Positions 34,023 through 43,101 of a stretch of DNA of 64,000 nt are shown piece after piece (positions within the stretch are counted from its first letter, which is position 1; the number at the start of each line of letters is the position of its first letter). The position numbers were made by a program, and so were the translations under genes. Origin of the DNA: a virus. Location of the stretch: positions 2,487 through 66,486 of the IMG/VR virus record IMGVR_UViG_3300035703_000083, one strand, 5' to 3'. The notes under the pieces are model-generated. The model was not told the DNA's origin, did no database searches, and worked only from the letters and a program-made list of their open reading frames with translations.

Positions 34023-34199
34023 CTATCCTTGTAAATTTTTCATTGCCTTTAGCACTTTTTCTGCTTCGCGAAGCTTGGGAAGCAAAGTGGGCTTATAAGC
34101 ATGTTCAGCCGCAAGAAGCTGCAGCGCCGTTTGCCTGTCAGCTTCAAGAAGGGCGAGAATAAAAGCCAGTTCCTTGCTGGAAAGTTCAATACCAATCAT
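34023..34199 (-). CDS. Small helical protein (not in ORF track)
   Basis: MIGIELSSKELAFILALLEADRQ... Confidence 0.6.
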   Translation of the reverse strand: MIGIELSSKELAFILALLEADRQTALQLLAAEHAYKPTLLPKLREAEKVLKAMKNLQG

Positions 34200-34248
34200 T
34201 TTTCACAATCGCTGAAAATAGTGCAATTGGTGAAAATTCTAAAGGCAA

Positions 34249-35628
34249 TCACCTCGTAAGACTTCGTATCCAGTCGATATTGTCATCCTTGGAGGCGTCA
34301 AGTACTGCCGCCGCAAGCGCAAAGCAATAGTCATCCACGCCGGAATCCTTGCCGCCAGTCACTGCCCATTGACCACTTGCTCGATACAGTACACTGAGGT
34401 TTTTAAGCTGCCAAATAAGTTTCTTGTGTGGGTATAGTTCAATCAGCCCAGCATTGAAAAGTTCACGCAGCTTGCTGAAAGCTTTCATTTTCGTGCTAAC
34501 GGACCACGAAAGTTCGGTGACAGGGAAATCCTTGGACAGGTCTTGGATGATGGCAGAACTGTTGAACTGGTCAAGTGTGATGCTCTGAAATTCGTAAAGA
34601 CGATGATGCTCTTTAATCCATTCTTCTACTTTTGCAATGCTTACTTCCTTCTTGCCGCCAATTTCAAAATCAGCCTCGAAAGTATGCAGCTTGTCCACCA
34701 CTAGGCGTTCGCCTTCGTAATGAATGATGCAGGCAATGTATTCATCTCGACCCACGCCACCACGGGCGGGGTCAAGAGAAAGAAAATAGGTGCCAGCAAG
34801 TTCACGCTTGGGCGGCAGCACTGATCTGTCCTTGTTCACTGCCACGTCCACCACTTCAGGAGCCAGCAGCACAGAATTACTGCGCCTGAACTCAGCTCCA
34901 AATTCAACAGCGAAAGTCTCTTCGTCTTTCTTCCTTGCATTTTCAAGAAAATCGCATCCCCATGGAAGAGAGGGATTGATTTCCCATGTGGGCACCTGCA
35001 GGGCCTGCATAGTGGGAAAATCTCCACTCCTTGCCTGCTGAAAGTGTTCAAAAAACAAACCGCTTGTCAAGTAAGGAGAGGAAAGTTCAATAATCTTTCC
35101 ATATCTTCCAAACTGCGCAATAGACGGGGAAAGTGCAGTGTACATGGCCTCCGCTCCTCTATTCGCGTCACCTTCGATAGAAAACGCAAGTTCGTCTTGA
35201 AGGATTGCTACAACTGCCTTGCCTCGAGATGCGCGTGCGGATGCGGGGATTGCTTGAAAAACGCAGTTGTTAGATATTTCCAGCTCAAGGCTTGTTTCCC
35301 TTACCAACTCTTTTTCAAATGGGCTGTTGATGATTAACTGCCTAATATTGTCCAACGCAATCTTGGATTGGCCGAGATCATTTGCGACAGTAATGATGTA
35401 CCACTTCTCCCCTTTCCTCACTCTTTTGGTGAAATACTCGTCTTGCATGAAGCACATGTAAGTCGCGGCGACGGCGGCCATGAAGGTTTTGCCACTTCTT
35501 CTTCCCATCGCCCAAATTGCATGGCGAATATCCTTCTCGAACAAATTGTCGAGAATTTTTTGCTGTCTAGGCCAAAGCTCCACACCAAGAGCATGCTTGG
35601 CAAATTCCGAGCAACGAAGTTGAGTCAT
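34249..35628 (-). CDS. terL: Terminase large subunit
   Basis: Walker A GRRSGKT, Walker B ILQDE, LSSP, nuclease LDPA...DQFN...DDYCFALA. Confidence 0.95.
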   Translation of the reverse strand: MTQLRCSEFAKHALGVELWPRQQKILDNLFEKDIRHAIWAMGRRSGKTFMAAVAATYMCFMQDEYFTKRVRKGEKWYIITVANDLGQSKIALDNIRQLIINSPFEKELVRETSLELEISNNCVFQAIPASARASRGKAVVAILQDELAFSIEGDANRGAEAMYTALSPSIAQFGRYGKIIELSSPYLTSGLFFEHFQQARSGDFPTMQALQVPTWEINPSLPWGCDFLENARKKDEETFAVEFGAEFRRSNSVLLAPEVVDVAVNKDRSVLPPKRELAGTYFLSLDPARGGVGRDEYIACIIHYEGERLVVDKLHTFEADFEIGGKKEVSIAKVEEWIKEHHRLYEFQSITLDQFNSSAIIQDLSKDFPVTELSWSVSTKMKAFSKLRELFNAGLIELYPHKKLIWQLKNLSVLYRASGQWAVTGGKDSGVDDYCFALAAAVLDASKDDNIDWIRSLTR

Positions 35629-35681
35629 CGCAAATGTTCAATAATTTTTCCTGTCCAGCCCTTGTGGTGCTTCCTTATTTT

Positions 35682-36182
35682 TCACTTGTTAATGCTTTCC
35701 ATCGGATAAAGAAAATCTTGGGGCACAAAATACGCTGGACGGCCCCTAGCGGGATCCTTCCAAAAACGGTCCTGCATGGCATCTTTTCCGTAACACCATC
35801 CGTGGATAAGCGTTTGCTGGTTTTCAATAGTTACCAGTACAAATTTTTTATCTGGATCGGATTGGCGCTGCACAATCAAATCGTAGCTTCTTTTCGATCT
35901 GGTTTTCACGTCGATTCCAGGCAGATCATCTGAGCTCCGCTTGGCCTCGCTTTCTTGATAAAGCAAATGCTTGAGTCCCAGGAAGGAACCCACAGCCATT
36001 TCGCCCGCTGCGCCAAGCAAGTGAATTTCCAAGGCTTTGTCGCCACGAGCAGCTCCACGATTGCGCCCGCGAAGCCCTTTGGCTTCATTCACGGACTGCC
36101 TCCGCTGTCCTTCCTCCATCGCTTGCTTTCGTTCCTCTTCGGAGAAGACAAATTCAATGGGAGTGGGCATAATAGAACGCAC
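35682..36182 (-). CDS. Hypothetical protein, PD-(D/E)XK-like
   Basis: GAAGEMAV...DD....IDVKT. Confidence 0.65.
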   Translation of the reverse strand: MRSIMPTPIEFVFSEEERKQAMEEGQRRQSVNEAKGLRGRNRGAARGDKALEIHLLGAAGEMAVGSFLGLKHLLYQESEAKRSSDDLPGIDVKTRSKRSYDLIVQRQSDPDKKFVLVTIENQQTLIHGWCYGKDAMQDRFWKDPARGRPAYFVPQDFLYPMESINK

Positions 36183-36236
36183 GTCATAGCCATCTTACCC
36201 ATCTTCTAGAATAAAAGCAAGACCATAATGTGAACA

Positions 36237-38312
36237 ATGTCTGAAGACGCGGTGGATTTGGGCCATGCAACTGCTGGTGGCTTGCGGAATGACGGACTTG
36301 CTAATGCCCTCACTGGCATGGGGACGCCTGGCAGGGACAAGAGTCTCTACACCACCGCTCAGCCCATCGTCTTCCTTGCACAGGAAGAGCTTGAAGCTCT
36401 CTATGGAGAATGGCTTCCTCGTCGCATTGTGGACATCTATGCCGAGCAGGCCACACGAAAAGGCTTCAAGGTGCTGTTTGGTGGAGAGGGCGCTGCTGCC
36501 GAAGAAGTGGTGGGCATTGAACAGGTGATTGAAGATTTGTACATCCTTGAAAACTTTATGCTTGCCGCCAAGAATTCTCGCCTTTATGGCGGGGCGGTGA
36601 TCCTGCTGTACATCGACGATGGACGGTCCGCAGACCAGCCGGTAGACAAGAGCAAGATTTACGCAGTGGAAGGCATGGAAGTACTGGATCGCTGGCAGAT
36701 TGCGCCAGTAATCAACGAAGAAAATCTATACGATTATTCCAAGGCAACGTACTATCAAATTATCTCTGGCGACCTTATTCGTCAGCCGCAACTTACCTAC
36801 ATCCACAAGGACAGAATCCTTAGATTCGACGGCGATTGGCTGCCCTATCGCATTCGACAGAGGAACTATGGATGGGGAATGAGCAGCTTGCAAACTGTCT
36901 ACGAAAGCTTTAAGCACTACTGGACTGGCCTTAATTCTGCTGCCACGCTTTTGAGCGAATTTGATATTTTTGTTCATAAAATCAAGGGCCTTGCTCAGAT
37001 GCTTGCAGCAGGAAAAGAAAGCGATGTGCGGGATCGTTTAGTGCTGAACGATATGAGCAAGAGTGTTTATCGTGGCTATGCAATTGATGCTGAAAAAGAA
37101 GAACTTGCTTTTATCAGTCGCAATTTTGGTGGCGTTGGTGAAATCCTTGAAAAGATGCGCGTAGATATTATTGGCGCATCGAAGATTCCACACACTGTAC
37201 TGTTTGGCGAAAGCCCGAGCGGCCTTGGCTCTACTGGTCGCAGCGAAGAGCGTGACTTCGCCAAGACGCTTGCGGATTACCAGCAATCCACTTTCCATCG
37301 TCCTCTTAAGCAACTGATGGAACTGATCATGCTCAGTCGCACTGGCCCAACCAATGGGCGCATGCCTGAGTCATGGCGCATTAAATTCAATGACTTGTTT
37401 GAACTGAACGAGCGCGAGAAAGCTGACGTAAGGGCTCGCGTGGCTGCCGTAGATGGTCGCTACATTCAACTTGGCGTACTGAGTCCCAAGGAGGTGGCGG
37501 ATGCTCGCTATGGCGGATCGGAGTGGTCCATGGAGCTTACGCTAGATCCATCCGTCGTGCGGGAACTTCCCACTCAAGGAGGGGGTGGCTCCACCCCGCA
37601 AGGGGGTCAGTTTAAGGTGCCTCCTGGTGGACGTGATCCTCTTGATGAGGACAATGGCACGCTTCCGATGGATGGAAGCAGGGAGGTAGAAGACAGTGCT
37701 GGACTGTATTTACCTCGCGACCTCGAAGAAATGCGCGGAGATGTGACTTTCTCGGACGAAGAGCTGCATGGTCGCGCCACTGCTGCAGCGAAAGCCAAGT
37801 TCAAGGTGTGGCCCTCGGCGTACGCAAGCGGCTACGTTGTGCAACAATACAAGCGCATGTACAAAGAGAAGCATGGCTCATTAAGCGGAGCATTTAAGGG
37901 CGACGAAGGGGAGGTGCATGCCGACGATTTAGACAAGTGGTTCAAGGAAAAATGGGTGAGGATTGGCGCCAATGGCGAAATCATGGGGCCATGTGGCGCT
38001 CGTGAAGAAAAAGAAGGTAAGCCCAAGTGCTTACCAGAAGCCAAGGCTCAGGCGATGAGCAAGGAAGAGCGGCAGACAATTGTTGCTCGCAAGCGCAAGG
38101 CCGACCCCAATCCCGAGCGCAAGGGATCAGCGAAAATGGTGAGCAGCAAGGTGGACGCCATTGACCCTATGCAAGTGGAAGGGCTTGTTCTTGGCAATAT
38201 TGATGAAGAAGCCTTCATTTCAGAAGCCGATATTGACAAGGCTTTGAGCGAATGGAAAGAGGAAGCTCCTGTCAAGTTCAAGGACATTCTGGAAGCCGAA
38301 GATGCTGAATGA
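36237..38312 (+). CDS. Portal protein (DUF1073 type) with long C-terminal extension
   Basis: RRIVDIYAE, SRLYGGA, IHKDRIL, KIPHTVLFGESPSGL.STG; C-terminal DUF5872-like WPSAYASG and LDKWFKEKW modules. Confidence 0.88.
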   Translation: MSEDAVDLGHATAGGLRNDGLANALTGMGTPGRDKSLYTTAQPIVFLAQEELEALYGEWLPRRIVDIYAEQATRKGFKVLFGGEGAAAEEVVGIEQVIEDLYILENFMLAAKNSRLYGGAVILLYIDDGRSADQPVDKSKIYAVEGMEVLDRWQIAPVINEENLYDYSKATYYQIISGDLIRQPQLTYIHKDRILRFDGDWLPYRIRQRNYGWGMSSLQTVYESFKHYWTGLNSAATLLSEFDIFVHKIKGLAQMLAAGKESDVRDRLVLNDMSKSVYRGYAIDAEKEELAFISRNFGGVGEILEKMRVDIIGASKIPHTVLFGESPSGLGSTGRSEERDFAKTLADYQQSTFHRPLKQLMELIMLSRTGPTNGRMPESWRIKFNDLFELNEREKADVRARVAAVDGRYIQLGVLSPKEVADARYGGSEWSMELTLDPSVVRELPTQGGGGSTPQGGQFKVPPGGRDPLDEDNGTLPMDGSREVEDSAGLYLPRDLEEMRGDVTFSDEELHGRATAAAKAKFKVWPSAYASGYVVQQYKRMYKEKHGSLSGAFKGDEGEVHADDLDKWFKEKWVRIGANGEIMGPCGAREEKEGKPKCLPEAKAQAMSKEERQTIVARKRKADPNPERKGSAKMVSSKVDAIDPMQVEGLVLGNIDEEAFISEADIDKALSEWKEEAPVKFKDILEAEDAE

Positions 38313-38979
38313 TTTAAGCTCCTTCTCTGATGCCATAGTGTCCACCAGAATGGACGCTGAATGGTCTTACGACCGCAATGCTGGACGCTACCGCGATGAG
38401 CGTGGTAAATTTCTGAGCAAGGCAGCCGTTGAAAAACTTGTCGATGGTCGCATTGGCAAGCTTGAAGGCAAGCTGAAGCAATTCACCCGCATGCTGGCCA
38501 ATGGCAACATTACGCTTGATCAGTGGCAAGGCAGTGTCCGCGAGGCAATTAAAGCGGCTCATATTCAAGCAGCGATTATTGGTCATGGGGGGCGAAGTGG
38601 CATGGGCAGCGCGGAATACGGTCGCGTTGGTCAAAGACTTCGCTTGGAATACGATTATCTTCAAAGGTTTGCTGGGGATCTGCTTCGCGGGGCTGTTTCT
38701 GCTCCCATGGCTCTTGGTCGCATTGGCTTATACGCTCAAAGCGTTCGTGGTAGTTACTGGTTGGGAACCGAACTACGAGAGCAAGCCCAAGGCTATTCAT
38801 TGATGCGTCGCATTTTGGACGATCAGGCTCAACATTGCAGTGACTGCCTTGCTTTTGCCGCTCGTGGCATTGTGCCGATTGGCAGCGTGCCGCTTCCTGG
38901 CCAGCGATGCGCCTGCGGAGCGAGGTGCAGGTGTTCGGTGCGCTACTTTAGGCAGCAGCCAGCAGTGGTTCCCGTTTGA
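38302..38979 (+). CDS. Head morphogenesis / minor capsid protein (MuF-like)
   Basis: Follows portal; HCSDC...LPG..C.C..RCRC. Confidence 0.75.
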   Translation: MLNDLSSFSDAIVSTRMDAEWSYDRNAGRYRDERGKFLSKAAVEKLVDGRIGKLEGKLKQFTRMLANGNITLDQWQGSVREAIKAAHIQAAIIGHGGRSGMGSAEYGRVGQRLRLEYDYLQRFAGDLLRGAVSAPMALGRIGLYAQSVRGSYWLGTELREQAQGYSLMRRILDDQAQHCSDCLAFAARGIVPIGSVPLPGQRCACGARCRCSVRYFRQQPAVVPV

Positions 38980-39016
38980 TTTTGCCATTATCATCGAGCA
39001 AGTTATTTGCTTTGAT

Positions 39017-40237
39017 GTGGCAAGGATTCTGTACGCGGGCGATGTGGGAGTAGAGACAGGCTTTGGACGAGTGGCGCAATACCTCATTCCAGCTTTGGCC
39101 AAAGAGCATGAAGTGCATGCTCTCGCGGTCAACCATCACGGCGACCCCTCGCCTATGCAGCAGTATTGCCAGATGTACCCCGCCATGGCTCATGGCACTG
39201 ATCCGTTTGGCTCCCATCGCATTGCAGAGCTTGTTCAAACGATCAAGCCCGATCTGGTGTTCATCATCAACGATATTTGGGTGGCAATTTCGCTGTACGA
39301 CAGAATTGAGCCACTGAAAGAAAAGCAAGAGTTTAAGACCTGCGTTTACACCCCCATTGATTCTTACGGCTTGTTCCCGGAACTCTTGCCTGCCGTGAGC
39401 AAATGGGACAAGCTCATTACATACACAGAATTTGCCAAGAAAGAAATTGAATTGATGGGCTACACAAAGCCTGTCGGCGTGGTGGGGCATGGTACTGATT
39501 TTTCCACGTTCTTTCCCATGGACAAGAAAGAATGTCGCAAGGCGCTAGGGGTGCCAGAGGATGTTTTCATTGTCTTCAATGGCAATAGAAACCAGCCTCG
39601 CAAGCGCATTGATTTGACCATCAAGGCTTTTGTTGAATTTGCTCTTGACAAGCCGGATGCTCGGCTTTGGTTGAACATGGGCAAGAAGGATATGGGCTGG
39701 GACATCGTGCCACTGTTTAAGCGAGTGGCTCGTGACATGGGCTATGACAGCACTGGCAAGCTTATTCTTACAAGCCCGCATTTCTCTACGAGCAACTGTT
39801 TGCCCGTAGAGCAATTGAACCAAGTGTATAACGCTGCTGATGTTGGCATCAACACTTGCTTGGGTGAGGGATGGGGGCTTGTGGCCACTGAGCATGCCGC
39901 CACTGGCGTGGCTCAAGTGGTGCCTGACCATACAAGCCTTAAGGAGATTTTCGATGGAGTGCGGAGGATTTCCATTGAAAGCTGGGAGACCGACAGGAAC
40001 TACGGCCTAGAGCGTGGCCAGCCATCACCTGGCGACCTTGCCAACATCCTCGACCACTACTATCACAATCGCGAAGAGCTGCAAATGGCTGGCGAGTGGT
40101 GCTACGAGCGCATGCAGCACGCTCCATTCACTTGGCCATACATTCAAAAGCAAATGCTGGGCCTGATTGATGAAATGCTGGCCGACAAGACAGCTCAAAA
40201 GTTCAAAGGCTTTGGTGTTCCGGCGAGGGTGGACTGA
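39017..40237 (+). CDS. Glycosyltransferase, GT4 (GT-B) family
   Basis: TGFGRVA, NRNQPRKRID, YNAADV, GEGWGL..TEH. Confidence 0.9.
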   Translation: MARILYAGDVGVETGFGRVAQYLIPALAKEHEVHALAVNHHGDPSPMQQYCQMYPAMAHGTDPFGSHRIAELVQTIKPDLVFIINDIWVAISLYDRIEPLKEKQEFKTCVYTPIDSYGLFPELLPAVSKWDKLITYTEFAKKEIELMGYTKPVGVVGHGTDFSTFFPMDKKECRKALGVPEDVFIVFNGNRNQPRKRIDLTIKAFVEFALDKPDARLWLNMGKKDMGWDIVPLFKRVARDMGYDSTGKLILTSPHFSTSNCLPVEQLNQVYNAADVGINTCLGEGWGLVATEHAATGVAQVVPDHTSLKEIFDGVRRISIESWETDRNYGLERGQPSPGDLANILDHYYHNREELQMAGEWCYERMQHAPFTWPYIQKQMLGLIDEMLADKTAQKFKGFGVPARVD

Positions 40238-40238
40238 G

Positions 40239-40964
40239 ATGAGGGTTTCGCAAATCTTTCTAAGCACGCAAGAAAAAGACAAACGCCAAGAATTGTCACT
40301 TCCCCTGAAAAGGGCAATCAACAGCGTGAGAGGTGCTTTTGCTAGTGCCGATTATCAACTGTACGACAATGAAAGCATTGTTGATTTCTTGAAAGATTGC
40401 TATGGGAAAGAAGTGTTAGATGCTTTCTTTTCCCTGCGGTCTTTGGCTTATCGCTGCGACCTGGCAAGATATTGCCTGCTTTACGAGCTAGGTGGTTGGT
40501 ATTTTGATTGCGGTCTCACTTGCCACACTGAAGTGGAGCTTTCTGAGCGCGTGGAGTTGATTGCTTTTCGCAGCATGCAGCGCTTTGCCATGAATAGCTG
40601 GGCCTGCGACAATGGTATTATTTTTGCGAAGCCTAAGCATCAAGCATTAGACATTGCTATCAACAAAGTGCTTGCTAATGTCGCAAGCAAATACTATGGT
40701 ATCACTCCACTGTGCCCCACTGGTCCATCGCTATGGGGAGAAAGCCTTGCGGCGTGTAGTCACAATGTGCGAACGAGTATGGTCTTTGGTGACTGTATGG
40801 AACTTACGCCTGCTCACTCCCGCACCAATAAAAGTTTCGTGCTGCCCGATGGCACTATTTTCGCAGCTTGCAAGCCCACAGAAGGCGGCGACCTAAAGAA
40901 AATGGGTGCCACCGATACGAATAATTACAACGAACTATGGCACAGACGTATTGTTTATGAGTGA
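40239..40964 (+). CDS. Glycosyltransferase, GT32/OCH1-like
   Basis: RCDLARYCLLYELGGWYFD, P.H, PTGP. Confidence 0.85.
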   Translation: MRVSQIFLSTQEKDKRQELSLPLKRAINSVRGAFASADYQLYDNESIVDFLKDCYGKEVLDAFFSLRSLAYRCDLARYCLLYELGGWYFDCGLTCHTEVELSERVELIAFRSMQRFAMNSWACDNGIIFAKPKHQALDIAINKVLANVASKYYGITPLCPTGPSLWGESLAACSHNVRTSMVFGDCMELTPAHSRTNKSFVLPDGTIFAACKPTEGGDLKKMGATDTNNYNELWHRRIVYE

Positions 40965-41725
40965 GGCTTCACTTCCTTGCAAGTAATCCATCCGCCTTGC
41001 AAGGCATTGTTGACCACTTGATCACGCTGAGAGAAGAAGGTGAAATGAGGAAGCCAAGTGTTGTTAGACGTAGCCACTTTGTCGGTGCCTAGCTCAATGG
41101 CATAGAGAGAGCCCCACAGGTCTTTGTCGTCCGATGGATGAGGAGGACAGAATGTCTGCACGCCTCCATATTTTTGAGCACAATAAGAGAAATGAATGTC
41201 TTCTCCATTGTCCCAAGAGAAAGGCTTTTCTTGCCAAAAAAAAGAGAGGCACGAGCGCTCAAAGAACCAAGCGTGCCCCACTAGATCCACTCTTTGAGTT
41301 TCTATGTTTTGCGACGGCCAGCCGTGACGAGAATGATCTTCGTAAATGGCGCTATTCAGCAGTACTCCTGCCGAGCCAAGGATAGGCGAAGCATTACCCT
41401 GTTCCTCAATGGCGCGAGACGAAGCCAAGCAATTTTCAAACCACTTCTTACCCGGAATGGTGTCGTCATCAAAGATGGCAACGTACTGCGTGTCCGCTAA
41501 CAAGCCAGCAGCAAAGCGACCAAAGAATTTCCAATTGTGGTTGCAGTCAAAAACTCTATCTACGTCAATGTAATCAAGCAGTAGTTCTTCGTTGTCCTGG
41601 TGGTAATTTACCCACACCCAAATCTCTTTAGGGGGGACGGTTTGATTGCGAAGAGCTTCTACTTGCCTTGCTAAGTTTTGCGGGCGACGGTAAAGCGTGA
41701 GGATGGCAGTAATGTCTCCGGCCAT
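40955..41725 (-). CDS. Glycosyltransferase, GT2/GT64-like (GT-A)
   Basis: LTLYRRP, IFDDDTIPG, GEDIHFS. Confidence 0.85.
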   Translation of the reverse strand: MAGDITAILTLYRRPQNLARQVEALRNQTVPPKEIWVWVNYHQDNEELLLDYIDVDRVFDCNHNWKFFGRFAAGLLADTQYVAIFDDDTIPGKKWFENCLASSRAIEEQGNASPILGSAGVLLNSAIYEDHSRHGWPSQNIETQRVDLVGHAWFFERSCLSFFWQEKPFSWDNGEDIHFSYCAQKYGGVQTFCPPHPSDDKDLWGSLYAIELGTDKVATSNNTWLPHFTFFSQRDQVVNNALQGGWITCKEVKPHS

Positions 41726-41788
41726 GGTGCATCAGCAAGACCATGAAAGTCTACTGGACTGTGTAGAGTAGGGAAAAATACTTTGGTC

Positions 41789-42124
41789 ATGAAGAAGCCC
41801 ACCACTAAAAAAGCAAAGCAGGCAAAAATTGCTCGCGTGATGAAAGAATTCAAGGAGGGTACGCTGAAGAGCAGCAGTGGGGAGCCGATCACCAATTATC
41901 GCCAAGCCGTTGCGGTGGCCCTCTCCGAAGCCGGAATGACAATGAAGAAGAAGGACGCCAGCGAGGAATACATGCGGGCCTTTATTCGTCAGGTGTTACA
42001 AGAAGAGGAGTCGATGGAGGAAGAAAAAGAAATGGAAGAAGAGGAGGCGATGGACGAAAGTGCTGGCGAGAAGCGCTGCAAAGCCTATTTGTCCGCTGTG
42101 CGCAAAAACAGAAAAAAGAGCTGA
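41789..42124 (+). CDS. Small basic/acidic head-associated protein (DUF6496-like); first part of a frameshift fusion
   Basis: KIARVMKEFKEGTLKSSSG...QAVAVALSEAG; ends at A AAA AAG AGC TGA. Confidence 0.75.
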   Translation: MKKPTTKKAKQAKIARVMKEFKEGTLKSSSGEPITNYRQAVAVALSEAGMTMKKKDASEEYMRAFIRQVLQEEESMEEEKEMEEEEAMDESAGEKRCKAYLSAVRKNRKKS

Positions 42125-42471
42125 GGGGAGACGCCGAATCGTTTTCCCCTCCATTGTCTGTTCGAGCCGCAGCGCGTCGTGGTCTTGAGCTCCGCAAGAA
42201 GTATGGCAAAGGTGGCTTGACCACGCAAGAAGCTGGCAAACAGGGCATTGGCAGTGGTGTGGCCAGGGCTACGAGCTTGGCCAATGGAGAAAGCGTTAGC
42301 TACGAAACGATCAAGCGCATGGCGGCCTTCTTCTCAAGGCACAAGAAGAATTTCTCCGGCGGAGAAGATGACGCAGGTTTTATTTCGGGCATGCTTTGGG
42401 GCGGGAAGGCTGGAGAGTCGTGGGCTCGCCGCATCATTAAAATGGTGGAAAGCCGCAAAGCAGACCAGTGA
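42118..42471 (+). CDS. Head-associated domain, probably reached by -1 frameshift
   Basis: PP..VRAAARRGLE...GVARA..LA...TIKRMAAFFSRH...LWGG..G.SWA; no good own start. Confidence 0.7.
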   Translation, partial: ELRGDAESFSPPLSVRAAARRGLELRKKYGKGGLTTQEAGKQGIGSGVARATSLANGESVSYETIKRMAAFFSRHKKNFSGGEDDAGFISGMLWGGKAGESWARRIIKMVESRKADQ

Positions 42472-42776
42472 GCGAGTATGTCCGCGTGATTGAGGAAGAA
42501 GAAGACGGCATTGGCATCTTGAAAGCCTTGTGCATTCTTTCAGCACACGAGCACCGAGAAACTTCAAACTGGCGCTTGGTTGAAGAGCAGCATTTCAAGA
42601 ATGGCCGCCTCGATGAAACTCATATTTTTGTCGTCAACAGCTACGACAAGCCGCATGAGCACTTTGATCCAGTGAAAATGCTGGTCTTCGAAGCAGAGGC
42701 AATTGCCAAATCGTATGTCATGAGCGGCATCGAAAGTCAACTTGAAGATCTAGAAGACGAAGACGACGAAGACTGA
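42468..42776 (+). CDS. Hypothetical acidic protein
   Basis: GTGA overlap. Confidence 0.65.
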   Translation: MSEYVRVIEEEEDGIGILKALCILSAHEHRETSNWRLVEEQHFKNGRLDETHIFVVNSYDKPHEHFDPVKMLVFEAEAIAKSYVMSGIESQLEDLEDEDDED

Positions 42777-43039
42777 TCCACATAGACAAAGTAATTCGGC
42801 ATGCCCATTAAGTACAGAATGGACATGTTGTAAAGGCCGCTGAGCGTTCTGATTTGGGCGCAGTCAGGGGCTATTTTTGCCATCTCCATGCGGCAGTAGG
42901 TGCTCTGGCTGATATTCAACTCCTTCGCTACGTCCCATTGATTCAATCCTGAGTTTTGGCGTGCCTCTTTTATGCGCAAGGCAATTTCTTGCCGCGCTTG
43001 CTTAGGGCTGCGAGCCTCAACGAAGAATGCGTTTTTCAC
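42737..43039 (-). CDS. XRE-family HTH regulator
   Basis: IKEARQNSGLNQWDVAKELNISQSTYCRME. Confidence 0.85.
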   Translation of the reverse strand: MKNAFFVEARSPKQARQEIALRIKEARQNSGLNQWDVAKELNISQSTYCRMEMAKIAPDCAQIRTLSGLYNMSILYLMGMPNYFVYVDQSSSSSSSRSSS

Positions 43040-43101
43040 AATTTAATTCAGCTTTGCATAACAGTACAAATCAGCATAGCATATTTCGTTATTTTTAATA
43101 T

